A stretch of 64,000 nt of DNA. It comes from an uncultured virus (IMG/VR IMGVR_UViG_3300030329_004422). Its lineage: Duplodnaviria; Heunggongvirae; Uroviricota; Caudoviricetes. Shown here one piece after another: positions 54,635-64,000 of this stretch. The position numbers and the translations under genes are program-made. Position 1 is the stretch's first letter. Every line of letters begins with the position of its first letter. The stretch is from the IMG/VR virus record IMGVR_UViG_3300030329_004422; one strand, 5' to 3'. A model generated the notes under the pieces. That model was not told the DNA's origin. It worked only from the letters and a program-made list of their open reading frames with translations, and did no database searches.

Positions 54635-57048
54635 GAGAAAACGATCAAATCCCATCTTCGCTGGTACAGCAGTTTGTGAAATCCCATGATCGGTATGCTC
54701 GCCATCACCGTAAGGATTGGTCGCTGTATAAAGACACGTACATGACGAAGTATTGGGAGAACATGTCCGGTGAGGACACCCTGAAGCGTAATCGTCGTTT
54801 GCGTGAAGTTGAAGTTGAGGTCAACCGACTTTGGGGTGTGATTACATCCTATCTTTCTGCCCTGTATCCTCGCGCAAGCCGTGTTGTTCTTGGTCCCGAT
54901 CCATCCGGTAGTGGAGATCCAAACAAGGCCGAGTTGACCGTCAATCGTATCTTTTCAAGTCGTAAGATTCATGAGCGCGTGATGTCTGCTTTGCGGCAGT
55001 CTCTTTTGTATCCAGGCGCCGGAATCAAGGTTGGTTACCGTCATGGTCGCGGTAGCCCAATGGATCGGGTCTGGATGCGAGTCATACCTATTTGGGAAAT
55101 GTTGCTCGATACAGAGGTTTCCGATGCTGACGATGAGCGTTTTCGTGGTCACTTATACTACCGACCGAAGCGCGAAGTAGAGCAGGAGTACGGACTTGAA
55201 AAGCTTGCTGGAGTGCCACGGGTTGACTTTCTTTCGACGCAAGACTCAGCAACAGAACGAAAGCACGACAAGAATCGGAAAGACAAGAACGAACAAGACA
55301 ACAACTTTGTTCGTGTTTTGGAGTTTTGCAATCTTGTGGATCACTATGTTGATCCCAAAAATCCAGATATTAAGTACGAAGGTCGTCTTGAAATCTATGT
55401 ACTAGGCCAAGGCGCTATCTCTAAAGACCCTGTGTATGTTGGTCCACTTCCATTTGTTCGTCATGGCGGCGATCCAATGGCTCATATTGTTCCACTTATT
55501 TTCAACTATGAGCCTGAGTTTCCGTTGCGTGGTATTGCCCACGTTCGTCGTTTAATGCCTCAGTTTAAAGAATTGAATGCATATCGATCGTACATGGCGA
55601 TGGCGACACGTAAAGATACGCGCCAATACATTACTCGTAAGGGAACGTTTAATGCTGAAGAAATGACTCTATTAACCGAGGGTCATGATGGATTGATTCT
55701 TGAGGTTGATTCTGGTTACGAGCGACCGCTAAATGATGCGATTATTCCCATTCAAAATGCTGCAATATCGTCGAATATTCAAAACTATATGCAGAGTGTA
55801 GAATTGGACATTGAGCGTGTTGTTGGTACAAGTCCAGCGTCCAGGGGCATTGTTACCAAGGCTACTGCTTTTGAAGTAGAGACTGTTCAGCAATACACTG
55901 AATCTGAGTTTGGTCTTCATGCCACCATCAAAGATCAGTGGTTAGCTAATCTTACTGAGTTGGTTTTGCGTACATTGATTGCTTGTATGCAAGATGATGG
56001 TGGTAGTTCAGGAGAGTTTGAGGCCCAAGAGGTCGAGGTGGCAGAAGTAGAAGCGACTTCTGAGGGCGCTGAGAAGAAAGAGCCTGATGGTGAGCAGCCA
56101 CAAGAAAGCTTCACGATAGAACGAATCAAGTCTTTGGCAGAGGCCGCTGGTGTTGATGTAGATTCTGATGAGTTTAAAGATCTTGCGTCACAGATCACAG
56201 ACATTCGTGAATTGGACGACATGAATCCAGAGCAACTCAACCTGTTGGGTCAAACTCTAAGTGGTCGCGCTCTCGACGAACAAAAGGCAACGGAAGAAAA
56301 GGAGCAAGAGCAGGTCGATATGGCTCTTGTGCGTGGAACATCTTCTATGCAAGAGCCGTTTGTGGATGAGGATGTTGTTCCTGATCTTGGTGTTGTTGAG
56401 ACGGACGGCGGCTATGAAGTACACCAAGAAACATTGATTCTTAGGGAACGAAATGAGCAACTCGTTGTTTCGGTCGAAGATCTTGATGCCGATTTCGAGA
56501 TTACTTTTGTCGAAGGCGGTCGTACACCTCTCTCTGATGCTGCCATGCAGCAAAACCTTGTCGCTTTGTTGCAACCTTACGGTGCGCTTTGGGAAACGGC
56601 GTCAAAGGGTGGACCAAGCGGTGTGTTCGCGAAAAACTACATGAAGGTTCTTGCTGAGCGCTTTGATCTTCCGAAAGACCTTCACCCAGAAGAATTGGAT
56701 GCAGAGTTGCAGCGAGAAGAAGAGGAAAAACCTAAGAAATCTAAAAAAGCTAAAGAATCTAAAGAGGCTCCTCCGGGTGAACCGGAACAAGCTGAAGCGC
56801 CTATTCCCGAAGAAGCGCCACCTGCTCCTGAAGAAGAACCACCGCCCGATGATCAGGCTCAAGACCCCAAAGAGATATTGGCTCAAATTGCTGAAATGCC
56901 ACCGGCTGAAGCCATTGAAGCATTGAGGACCGTCTTTGCTGATGCTCCAGAAATCATTCAAGTGCTTGATCAGATTGCAGCGCTTCCAGAACAAGAGCAG
57001 GCGGCTGCAATAGAAGAATTGTTAGGAGCAGCAAGTGCCGGTTTATAG
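54631..57048 (+). CDS. Portal protein with acidic insertion and tail
   Basis: Follows TerL; helical; P22-like TAFEV segment. Confidence 0.75.
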   Translation: MRENDQIPSSLVQQFVKSHDRYARHHRKDWSLYKDTYMTKYWENMSGEDTLKRNRRLREVEVEVNRLWGVITSYLSALYPRASRVVLGPDPSGSGDPNKAELTVNRIFSSRKIHERVMSALRQSLLYPGAGIKVGYRHGRGSPMDRVWMRVIPIWEMLLDTEVSDADDERFRGHLYYRPKREVEQEYGLEKLAGVPRVDFLSTQDSATERKHDKNRKDKNEQDNNFVRVLEFCNLVDHYVDPKNPDIKYEGRLEIYVLGQGAISKDPVYVGPLPFVRHGGDPMAHIVPLIFNYEPEFPLRGIAHVRRLMPQFKELNAYRSYMAMATRKDTRQYITRKGTFNAEEMTLLTEGHDGLILEVDSGYERPLNDAIIPIQNAAISSNIQNYMQSVELDIERVVGTSPASRGIVTKATAFEVETVQQYTESEFGLHATIKDQWLANLTELVLRTLIACMQDDGGSSGEFEAQEVEVAEVEATSEGAEKKEPDGEQPQESFTIERIKSLAEAAGVDVDSDEFKDLASQITDIRELDDMNPEQLNLLGQTLSGRALDEQKATEEKEQEQVDMALVRGTSSMQEPFVDEDVVPDLGVVETDGGYEVHQETLILRERNEQLVVSVEDLDADFEITFVEGGRTPLSDAAMQQNLVALLQPYGALWETASKGGPSGVFAKNYMKVLAERFDLPKDLHPEELDAELQREEEEKPKKSKKAKESKEAPPGEPEQAEAPIPEEAPPAPEEEPPPDDQAQDPKEILAQIAEMPPAEAIEALRTVFADAPEIIQVLDQIAALPEQEQAAAIEELLGAASAGL

Positions 57049-57631
57049 TTTTAGATGTACGTCGTGTAATGTAGACAAGGACATGCTTTTCTCTATGAGT
57101 AAGCGCCCCAAGTCGATTGATTGCGATTCGTGTGGTGGCAAAGCAAAGCGAGTGTTTAAGGTAGACAAGGCCCAGTCAAATGATCCGTGGAGAGAGAAAA
57201 CCTACAAGACATCGCGTACTCGCGGCTTGGTGATGCACATGTATAAGTGCAATGACTGCGAGAAATCTTTTGATGAGTTGATTGATTTCAGTAAAGGGCA
57301 GCATTGGGAAGACAAACAAACATGCCCTTCATGCAGTAGTACAAATAGTTCTTGGATACCAACTGCAAAAATAGATAGATTTAGTGAACAATTTCCTTAT
57401 TTTGATCGCGGTCTTGGTGTAATGTTGAAAAACAAACAGCACCGATTAGATATTTGTAAAGCGAGAGGGTTGACACCGGTTGATGGAGACTGGGATGTTG
57501 ATAAGGAATTTAGTAAAATGGATTCACGTCTTGAGCGTGAAGAAAAAGAATATGCCGATTATTGTGATCGGTTAGATAATCATCCAGCATTTAGGCAGTA
57601 TCGAGAGGCACAGGATAAGGGCCTTCAATAA
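57035..57631 (+). CDS. Double FmdB-like zinc-ribbon protein
   Basis: PVYSFRCTSC..CDSCG and YKCNDC..CPSC. Confidence 0.65.
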   Translation: MPVYSFRCTSCNVDKDMLFSMSKRPKSIDCDSCGGKAKRVFKVDKAQSNDPWREKTYKTSRTRGLVMHMYKCNDCEKSFDELIDFSKGQHWEDKQTCPSCSSTNSSWIPTAKIDRFSEQFPYFDRGLGVMLKNKQHRLDICKARGLTPVDGDWDVDKEFSKMDSRLEREEKEYADYCDRLDNHPAFRQYREAQDKGLQ

Positions 57632-57641
57632 GGAGTATCAA

Positions 57642-58226
57642 ATGTACGAATATGGAACAGGACAACCAGAGACAGATCCTGCCGCACCTATGGCACCGCC
57701 TGCTGATGCGCCCCCACCAGCACCTCCAGAAGGCGCTGAACCTGATGTTGATGCAGATATGATGCAACTTGCGCAATCTGCTCCTGCGCCAACAAAGCCG
57801 TTTAGCGTGAAGGCTCTTGAAGGTCTTTTGAAGCAATTCAATGCGACTCTTGCAAAGATTTCTGTGGTGGAAATGCCACCAATCGAAATCGACTTTTCTG
57901 GTGCTGAAAAGAACAAGTATGACCAGCCTCTTCCACCCGATCTATTCCTACCTTTGTTGGCTGTTTCAGAACTAGTCAAAATGGTCGGCGGTGGAGAGTT
58001 TGAATCTAAGTATTCTTTCGATGTATTCCAGGTTTTGACCGATACTGATATTCGTAAAGTCACGGCTATTTTGAAGATGATGGCGAAAGACAAAAAGTTT
58101 ATTGAGGGTGTAAAGCAACTTCAGGAACAACCTGAAATGCCTGGGGATGAAGGGCCGGAAGATATGGCTCCACCTCCCGATGATATGGGTGAAGATGATG
58201 AGGTTCTCGCAGCCAACATGGAATAA
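57642..58226 (+). CDS. Hypothetical acidic head-module protein
   Basis: AGGAG RBS; Pro/Asp/Glu-rich termini. Confidence 0.55.
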   Translation: MYEYGTGQPETDPAAPMAPPADAPPPAPPEGAEPDVDADMMQLAQSAPAPTKPFSVKALEGLLKQFNATLAKISVVEMPPIEIDFSGAEKNKYDQPLPPDLFLPLLAVSELVKMVGGGEFESKYSFDVFQVLTDTDIRKVTAILKMMAKDKKFIEGVKQLQEQPEMPGDEGPEDMAPPPDDMGEDDEVLAANME

Positions 58227-58291
58227 TGCTCCTTGTTTATTTGCAGAATCATTTTAAACAGTGGTAAATTGCCAAGTGTTAGGAGATATAA

Positions 58292-59269
58292 GTGCAAGAC
58301 GAAATTAATAGTGATGTAGAAGTTGGCGCAGACAGCGAAGCTGTTGTTGCTGATGTAAGTGATGGTTCAACTGGGCTTTTGGACGATGGTGGTATCGATC
58401 AGGAGCCTGTGGAAGCGGCACCAGAACCAGAGGCCGACTTTTCTAGTGCAGATGAGCAAGTTGAAAAAGAACCTGCAGTTGAAGCAAAAAGTTTCGATCC
58501 AATGTTTTCAGACATTGATGATCAAGAATTAAACGTAGATGATTTTTACAAGGGCATTACTGAGCAAGACATTAAAGAGTTGCCAACAGTCGCGCGACGT
58601 ATGCTCCACAACTTTCGAGTTGCATACAAGAATGAAAGCAAGCGACTAAACGATGCACACGAAAGCCGCGTTTCTCAGTACAAGAAGCGTGAACAGCAGA
58701 TTGAAAGCCTTGAGCGCGACTTTGCTCGTCGTCAAGCTGAGTTTGCTTCGATCATCGAAGATCCACGGATCAAAGAAGCATTGAAGCAAGATGAGTCCGA
58801 AATGCCGGATATCATGTCTGAGGAAGGAATTCAGGCACGAATCAACCGTGGTGTGGCTGAAGCTGTATCAAGTGTTTTTGAGCCAATGCAGGAAATCTCA
58901 TCGAAGCGCCGTCAAGAGAGCGCTTATTTTGATTTCCTCGAAGCTAACCCTGAAATGAAGAAACCAGACTTTCGTAAGGAAGTTGCTCAGTTGGTAACGA
59001 ACAGAGAAAAGCAAGGGAACCCACTCTCTACGCAAGATGCGTATGAGATCGTGAAGGCCCGTAAGCTTGTTGCTGAAGACAGAAGCCGCAAAGAAACTCG
59101 CCGTAAGGCTCGCGCTGATGCTGCTCGACGTGTTCAGCGTAATTCTGTCAGCGGTTCGCCGTCTACATTTGAAATTCCCCCTGATGTCAAGAAGCAAGGT
59201 GCAGCTTCGATTGCTGCTTGGCTCCAGTCAAACCCCGAAGCTGCAAAAGCCTATTCTAACAACCGCTAA
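58292..59269 (+). CDS. Capsid scaffolding protein
   Basis: Acidic N-terminus, coiled coil, directly upstream of the MCP. Confidence 0.7.
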   Translation: MQDEINSDVEVGADSEAVVADVSDGSTGLLDDGGIDQEPVEAAPEPEADFSSADEQVEKEPAVEAKSFDPMFSDIDDQELNVDDFYKGITEQDIKELPTVARRMLHNFRVAYKNESKRLNDAHESRVSQYKKREQQIESLERDFARRQAEFASIIEDPRIKEALKQDESEMPDIMSEEGIQARINRGVAEAVSSVFEPMQEISSKRRQESAYFDFLEANPEMKKPDFRKEVAQLVTNREKQGNPLSTQDAYEIVKARKLVAEDRSRKETRRKARADAARRVQRNSVSGSPSTFEIPPDVKKQGAASIAAWLQSNPEAAKAYSNNR

Positions 59270-59282
59270 TTAGGAGCCGAAA

Positions 59283-60338
59283 ATGGCAACTACTTCTCTT
59301 TCTATTGGAAACGAATTGCTTTCCACTACCATGCACATCCTGATGAAGGATTTTCGTGACAACGTTCACGAATCAGTCGCTTTCCTTGATGCTCAAGAGC
59401 GTGTCCACGGTGCTGGCAAGCCAGTCCAATCCGGTGGTTCGCGTATTGTTGTGCCTCTCGGCTTTGGTGAGCATTCTTCAACCACTCGTATGCAGACTGG
59501 TTTCGAGCGTATTGACCTTAGTGTCGAAGACGTGTTCAAGCCTGCTCAGTACGATTGGGGTCACGTTGTACGTCCCGTCGCTATTTCTTCTGAAGAAGAA
59601 ATGGTCAACCAAGGCGATGCTGCTGTTCTTTCTATTCTTGAAAGCCGCGTAACCATGACCGCTAACGCTCTGAAGCGTGAGTACGTCAAGCAAATCGTCA
59701 ACGGTGAGCAAGCCGGTTGGGAAGACTGGAACACCCTGAACGGTCTTGATGTTACTGGTGGCAGCAACGAAGGTTTCCTTGAAACTCTCGCGGTTGGATC
59801 TCAGGTCAACTCTGTTGGTAGTGTTGATAAGGGCGACTACCAAGACAAGACTGGTTGGCAAAACCAGATCTTCGACGGTGCAGGTTCTTTCAACGCTAAC
59901 GGCCTTGCTGGTCTGTACGATCTGTTGGTTGAAATCAACTCTGTTTCTCCATCTGGAGCACCAAACGTGATTCTTGCTTCCCGCGCTGGGTTCAAGAACC
60001 TCAAGCGTGCCCTTCAGGCTCATGAGCGCTATGTCGATCAAGCCCAAATCGATGGCGGAAAGATGGTTGAAATGTTCCAAGGCATTCCAATCAACGTTGA
60101 GTACAACATGCCCAACGACAAGGCCACGAAGTCTGCGGTTGATCCAATCAGCTTCTACTTCTTGAACATGAACGACATCTATACCCTGTGGGACCCACAA
60201 GGTTACTTCGACCTCTCGGACTTCGAGACTGTGTCGGGTGAGTACGATGTTCGTGCTGCTAAGCTTCGGTGCCGTGGTCAGTTGATCGCTAAGCACCTTG
60301 GTTCAAGCGGTGTAGCATTCGACTTGGATACCTTCTAA
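59283..60338 (+). CDS. Major capsid protein (HK97 fold, podovirus-type)
   Basis: LSTT...DN, GG..I..PL, A.YDW......IS..E...N.G; strong codon bias; followed by a terminator. Confidence 0.85.
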   Translation: MATTSLSIGNELLSTTMHILMKDFRDNVHESVAFLDAQERVHGAGKPVQSGGSRIVVPLGFGEHSSTTRMQTGFERIDLSVEDVFKPAQYDWGHVVRPVAISSEEEMVNQGDAAVLSILESRVTMTANALKREYVKQIVNGEQAGWEDWNTLNGLDVTGGSNEGFLETLAVGSQVNSVGSVDKGDYQDKTGWQNQIFDGAGSFNANGLAGLYDLLVEINSVSPSGAPNVILASRAGFKNLKRALQAHERYVDQAQIDGGKMVEMFQGIPINVEYNMPNDKATKSAVDPISFYFLNMNDIYTLWDPQGYFDLSDFETVSGEYDVRAAKLRCRGQLIAKHLGSSGVAFDLDTF

Positions 60339-60350
60339 GTCATACTGATT

Positions 60351-60383
60351 GGGTGGGGTTCATGTCGAGCCCCACCCTATTTC
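60351..60383 (+). terminator. Terminator-like hairpin after the MCP
   Basis: GGGTGGGGTTC/GAGCCCCACCC followed by TATTT. Confidence 0.65.
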
Positions 60384-60414
60384 ATAGCCATATAGTCAAA
60401 AGAGGGAGGACAAC

Positions 60415-60903
60415 ATGGCAATTTATAAAGTAGACGGCGTCGATGGCGTCAATCATTTTCCTAAGAAGTTTGTGCGACTTCACTGCACCACTGCTACAAT
60501 CGCAAAGGGTGATTGGGTCATGATTGATGTTGCTGATACCACTAATGGTAGGGGTAACTCTTGTAAGCAGACTACCAGTAATGTTGCTGGTGCCGAGCCT
60601 GCTTTTGGTATTGCAACTGAAACGCTAACCGCAGCAGGTATTCTCAAGGTTCAAACTGCTGGCCTCTATGGTGACGGTACAACTGGCGGTGGTGCTGCAA
60701 CTGGCGGAAGTGTTACTGCTGGATCAGTCCTTGCTGCTGGAAACACTGTAGGAGCGGGTGGCGCTGCCGGTCAAGTAATGAACTACGCGGGTGCAACTCA
60801 CGTATCGGCTCCGCCCTGTGGTCTTGCTTTGGTAGCAGATGACGACGGTGACTACGGTGCCAACGAGACTACTGTTCTGATTTATGATCAGGGTCTTTTC
60901 TAG
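60415..60903 (+). CDS. Capsid decoration/cement-like protein
   Basis: Follows the MCP; IAKGDWV..., FGIA..., G/A/T-rich. Confidence 0.6.
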   Translation: MAIYKVDGVDGVNHFPKKFVRLHCTTATIAKGDWVMIDVADTTNGRGNSCKQTTSNVAGAEPAFGIATETLTAAGILKVQTAGLYGDGTTGGGAATGGSVTAGSVLAAGNTVGAGGAAGQVMNYAGATHVSAPPCGLALVADDDGDYGANETTVLIYDQGLF

Positions 60904-60934
60904 ACCATAATCGCTACCGGACCTCGGTCCATTC

Positions 60935-60972
60935 ACGGCTGCTGGGGTATACTATCTCAGCAGCCGTTTTTA
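60935..60972 (+). terminator. Intrinsic terminator
   Basis: ACGGCTGCTG/CAGCAGCCGT followed by TTTT. Confidence 0.75.
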
Positions 60973-60989
60973 TTTACGGGGATGAAGAA

Positions 60990-62483
60990 ATGAACGTCAA
61001 AGACATGGTTCAAGAAATCAACGCAGCACTTGATTACAACCCCGATTTGAAGCAGTACACGGACTCGATTGTACGCACGATAAACCGTCACTACCTGCAG
61101 GTATCAAGCCAGTACCAGTGGCTGTTCATGCAAGCCCGTACCAGGATTCAACTCAGAGCAGATATCACTGGAGACAGCACAAGCACATTGACTGGTTATG
61201 GTAGTCATTATGTTAATTTGCCAGATACTGAGGGTGTTGGAATCATAAATCTACCACCCGATATTGTCGGCAAAACACTCGTAAATAACGTTGATGGCGC
61301 CGAGTATAAAATAACGGCTTACATCAGCCCAAGAAGATTTGTTGTAGACGAGATATTTCCGGCTGAAACAACTACCAACTGGACAATCAAGTTTATTCAA
61401 TACCCGATGCCACGTGACTGCATTGAGGTGTTGGGAATCATGGATCGTGGAATTACCAATACTGAAACAATAACCAAAAGTAATTCAGATAAAACCACAA
61501 AAACTATGACTGCACCAAATCGCGGTCGAATGATGTTCTTGGATGCTCGGAAAGAAGAAAACCTGTATTTAGATCGATCGGATACTGGCGATCCGTTTGT
61601 CAGTGTAGAAGAAATGCACGAAAACGTTCAGGCGCCTGATCTTCCTCCGGAATTGTTGCGCATTGAAAAAGATGTCGCTACTTCGTCGATGCCAAGCGAT
61701 CGTGAAAAATATATAATTGAATACTGCTATACTTTCACATATGCAGGAATGGAAAGCCCACCATCTGAAGTATTGAGTGTGACTGTTCCAAAGGCTGAAT
61801 CGGAAGCACGTAATCCGCAGATATATTTGCGTCGTTTTCAGCAAACCCACGATAATAGAATTTACGACAGTACGGTAGACACAACCGGATATACAGGTCG
61901 GCTTAAAAAGATATACCGTAGGTTTGTTTTCGACACCGATAAACCAAGACCTAATAGTAGCTTACACGGTGGTGGTCAATGGAGACACATCGGTACAATC
62001 AGCGAAGAAACCACTACTTACGTTGATAAAGGTCAGGAGTTGACCACAGACACTGTTGGTGAAACAGGCGGTTCAAGCGGTTCATATGTATCCAATGTCG
62101 ATCCAAGCGGTGAAGTTTTCCGTGTTGACCGGTTGAATGAATCAGGGCCTCGCCAATACCTACGTTTTTGGTACACACCGAAAGGCGACTACATGGTTGA
62201 GGCTCGATACCACAAGCGCCCATACAGGCTTGTTAAAGACTCAGACTCCCCCGAGTGGCCTCCGCAGTATCACCATTATCTTGTGTATGCGGCTCTTAGA
62301 GACATTTGTATGCAGCACAGTATGCTCAACCATAGCCAGATGTACGAAAGGCGAGCATCGGAGATTCTAGAGCGTATGAAGAACAAGTACCTCACTCGAA
62401 CGGATAGAATTTACGTCCGTAGAGGATTTGATCGCGCTATGGCAGACACAGAGCGTTTTGGTATTCCAAGCAAAGCCGAGTAA
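60990..62483 (+). CDS. Head-tail adaptor/tail tubular A-like protein with insertions
   Basis: N-terminal helices and C-terminal P..P.QYH.YLVYAA adaptor motif. Confidence 0.6.
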   Translation: MNVKDMVQEINAALDYNPDLKQYTDSIVRTINRHYLQVSSQYQWLFMQARTRIQLRADITGDSTSTLTGYGSHYVNLPDTEGVGIINLPPDIVGKTLVNNVDGAEYKITAYISPRRFVVDEIFPAETTTNWTIKFIQYPMPRDCIEVLGIMDRGITNTETITKSNSDKTTKTMTAPNRGRMMFLDARKEENLYLDRSDTGDPFVSVEEMHENVQAPDLPPELLRIEKDVATSSMPSDREKYIIEYCYTFTYAGMESPPSEVLSVTVPKAESEARNPQIYLRRFQQTHDNRIYDSTVDTTGYTGRLKKIYRRFVFDTDKPRPNSSLHGGGQWRHIGTISEETTTYVDKGQELTTDTVGETGGSSGSYVSNVDPSGEVFRVDRLNESGPRQYLRFWYTPKGDYMVEARYHKRPYRLVKDSDSPEWPPQYHHYLVYAALRDICMQHSMLNHSQMYERRASEILERMKNKYLTRTDRIYVRRGFDRAMADTERFGIPSKAE

Positions 62484-62486
62484 AGC

Positions 62487-64000
62487 ATGAAGACACAGAC
62501 GTTTGAAATCGCTCGATTGAGAGGCATGGATAACCGCTGGAGGGTTTCTGCTGACTCTGCGGCTGTCATCAAAGAAATGTCGTGGGATACCTATGATGGG
62601 TGGAAGACTGCTGGCGCTTACGATTGCATTACTGGTAATGCCTACAACTGGAAGGTTCACGGCACAATCCATTCTATTCATTTTTTTAGTCGCCACAACG
62701 GCAGCAATCGGGACGTTATTTTCGAAACCTCGAATGGAATGCTTGCTCGTTTGAATCCAAGCCATTTCAATAGGGATTCAGGCTCAGACCCTTTTACTCC
62801 CTTGAAAGACCAGAGCGGCACTAAGATAATGGCTGGTGGAAGACCAAGGCACACTCCAGAAACATCAGAGGTAAGCAGTCAAAGCATAACTTTTGGTGGT
62901 CGATTATATTTGGTAAATGGGTTTGATGAGCCTACAGTCTATGATGGAAGAATTGTCACAAGGGCGGGTTTTTTTAACACGCCTGCAAAACCAGATGCAA
63001 GCGTTGTATATAGGGCGTACCACAATCAATATATAGACGAGGGTGGCGATGACGGGAGTGACACAGATTACTTTTTAGGGACAAGAGTTAAAGGCCAGGG
63101 TCTTGGGAGCCTCCGTCCTACCGGAAAAAAGGTAAGAAAAAAAGCATATAAAGCAAGCGGCGGGATTGGAGATTTTAAAACCAACCCTGGTACAAAGTAT
63201 GTTGATGGAAAACTTTGTGGGTATCAATACCGAGTAACGTTTGTGAATCGTCGCGGGCAAGAAAGTCCGATGTCTGATCCAAGTGATATTTGTAGCTTTG
63301 AGTGTGCAGACGGAAAGCGTAGATTCACCCAAGTTATGATTCCTGTTGGTAATGACGATGTTGTTGCTCGCAGACTGTATCGAACGAGAGATATTTTTGA
63401 TGACAACGGAAACCCAATTGCTCCAGAATCCGGACGAAACTTTTATTTTTTAAAAGAAGTCCAAGACAACGAATCAAACGCCATTGAGGATGGAATCAGT
63501 GATTCTAATCTTGGCGTTTTGACTAGCCCTGAAGACTTTGGAATATATCCTGCACAGGCTAAATTTATAACTTCTTTTAAAAACACGGTTTTTGTTGCAG
63601 GTATGCCAAACAACCTCGTTCAATTTAGTGCCGAGGGGATGCCTGAAATTTTTCCAAGGGACAATGTGTTTGACCTTGGCGATGCTGATTCTGGCGCAAT
63701 CACCGGAATGTACGCAACGACCAACGCCCTGGTTGTCTTTAAAACTCGTGGCGTATACTTGATTAAGGGAAACCCCCGTAACGGTTTTTATGCTCAAACA
63801 TTAAATCGTGACATTGGGTGTGTAGCACCGAGGTCTATCCAAAGTGTTCCGGGCACCGGCCTTGTGTTTCTTTCAAATGACGGTGTTTTTGTTTTAAACG
63901 GAGCACTAGAAAACACAGGAAGCCCAACTTCTATCGCTGAGTTGAGCACGCCTATTAAAAATTTAATAGGTCGAATCGACACCAGTGGCGCAAGGTCCGC
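62487..64000 (+). CDS. Tail nozzle/tubular B-like beta-propeller protein, 3'-truncated (not in ORF track)
   Basis: ATG 62487 (MKTQTFEIARLRGMDN...); F.GRLY.VNG and IGCVAP.S motifs; follows the adaptor. Confidence 0.6.
   Translation, partial: MKTQTFEIARLRGMDNRWRVSADSAAVIKEMSWDTYDGWKTAGAYDCITGNAYNWKVHGTIHSIHFFSRHNGSNRDVIFETSNGMLARLNPSHFNRDSGSDPFTPLKDQSGTKIMAGGRPRHTPETSEVSSQSITFGGRLYLVNGFDEPTVYDGRIVTRAGFFNTPAKPDASVVYRAYHNQYIDEGGDDGSDTDYFLGTRVKGQGLGSLRPTGKKVRKKAYKASGGIGDFKTNPGTKYVDGKLCGYQYRVTFVNRRGQESPMSDPSDICSFECADGKRRFTQVMIPVGNDDVVARRLYRTRDIFDDNGNPIAPESGRNFYFLKEVQDNESNAIEDGISDSNLGVLTSPEDFGIYPAQAKFITSFKNTVFVAGMPNNLVQFSAEGMPEIFPRDNVFDLGDADSGAITGMYATTNALVVFKTRGVYLIKGNPRNGFYAQTLNRDIGCVAPRSIQSVPGTGLVFLSNDGVFVLNGALENTGSPTSIAELSTPIKNLIGRIDTSGARS

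Noticed and set aside
59478..60296. 272-aa minus-strand ORF
   Set aside because: Antisense shadow of the codon-biased capsid gene
1..64000. Stop-codon reassignment
   Set aside because: Core genes are intact under the standard code and TAA, TAG and TGA all terminate genes

Overview
The window looks like a large part of a dsDNA tailed-phage genome, most likely podovirus-like and circularly permuted. The head and tail module starts at about 52.5 kb and runs off the right edge, and virion genes continue from position 1. Left to right it contains: internal-virion, tail-fibre and lysis genes (+, 1-13.4 kb); a DUF2589-like gene pair, a RecT/YqaJ recombination pair and an SF2 helicase/VapE/primase replication module (-, 13.6-23 kb); about 40 small, tightly coupled minus-strand genes including ArdC, joined by two recurring junction motifs and driven by a repeated promoter (23.4-37.6 kb); and a GC-rich, gene-poor stretch (37.6-40.1 kb). 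From 40.1 kb (+) come RusA, a 2131-aa protein with three ART-like domains, SSB, terminase, portal, scaffold, major capsid and tail-tube genes. The strongest novelty candidate is a roughly 1-kb, densely base-paired, apparently non-coding minus-strand element at 38.15-39.19 kb, a possible giant ornate RNA. I found no integrase, tRNA, rRNA or CRISPR array. All family calls come from motif recognition by eye; no database searches were run.
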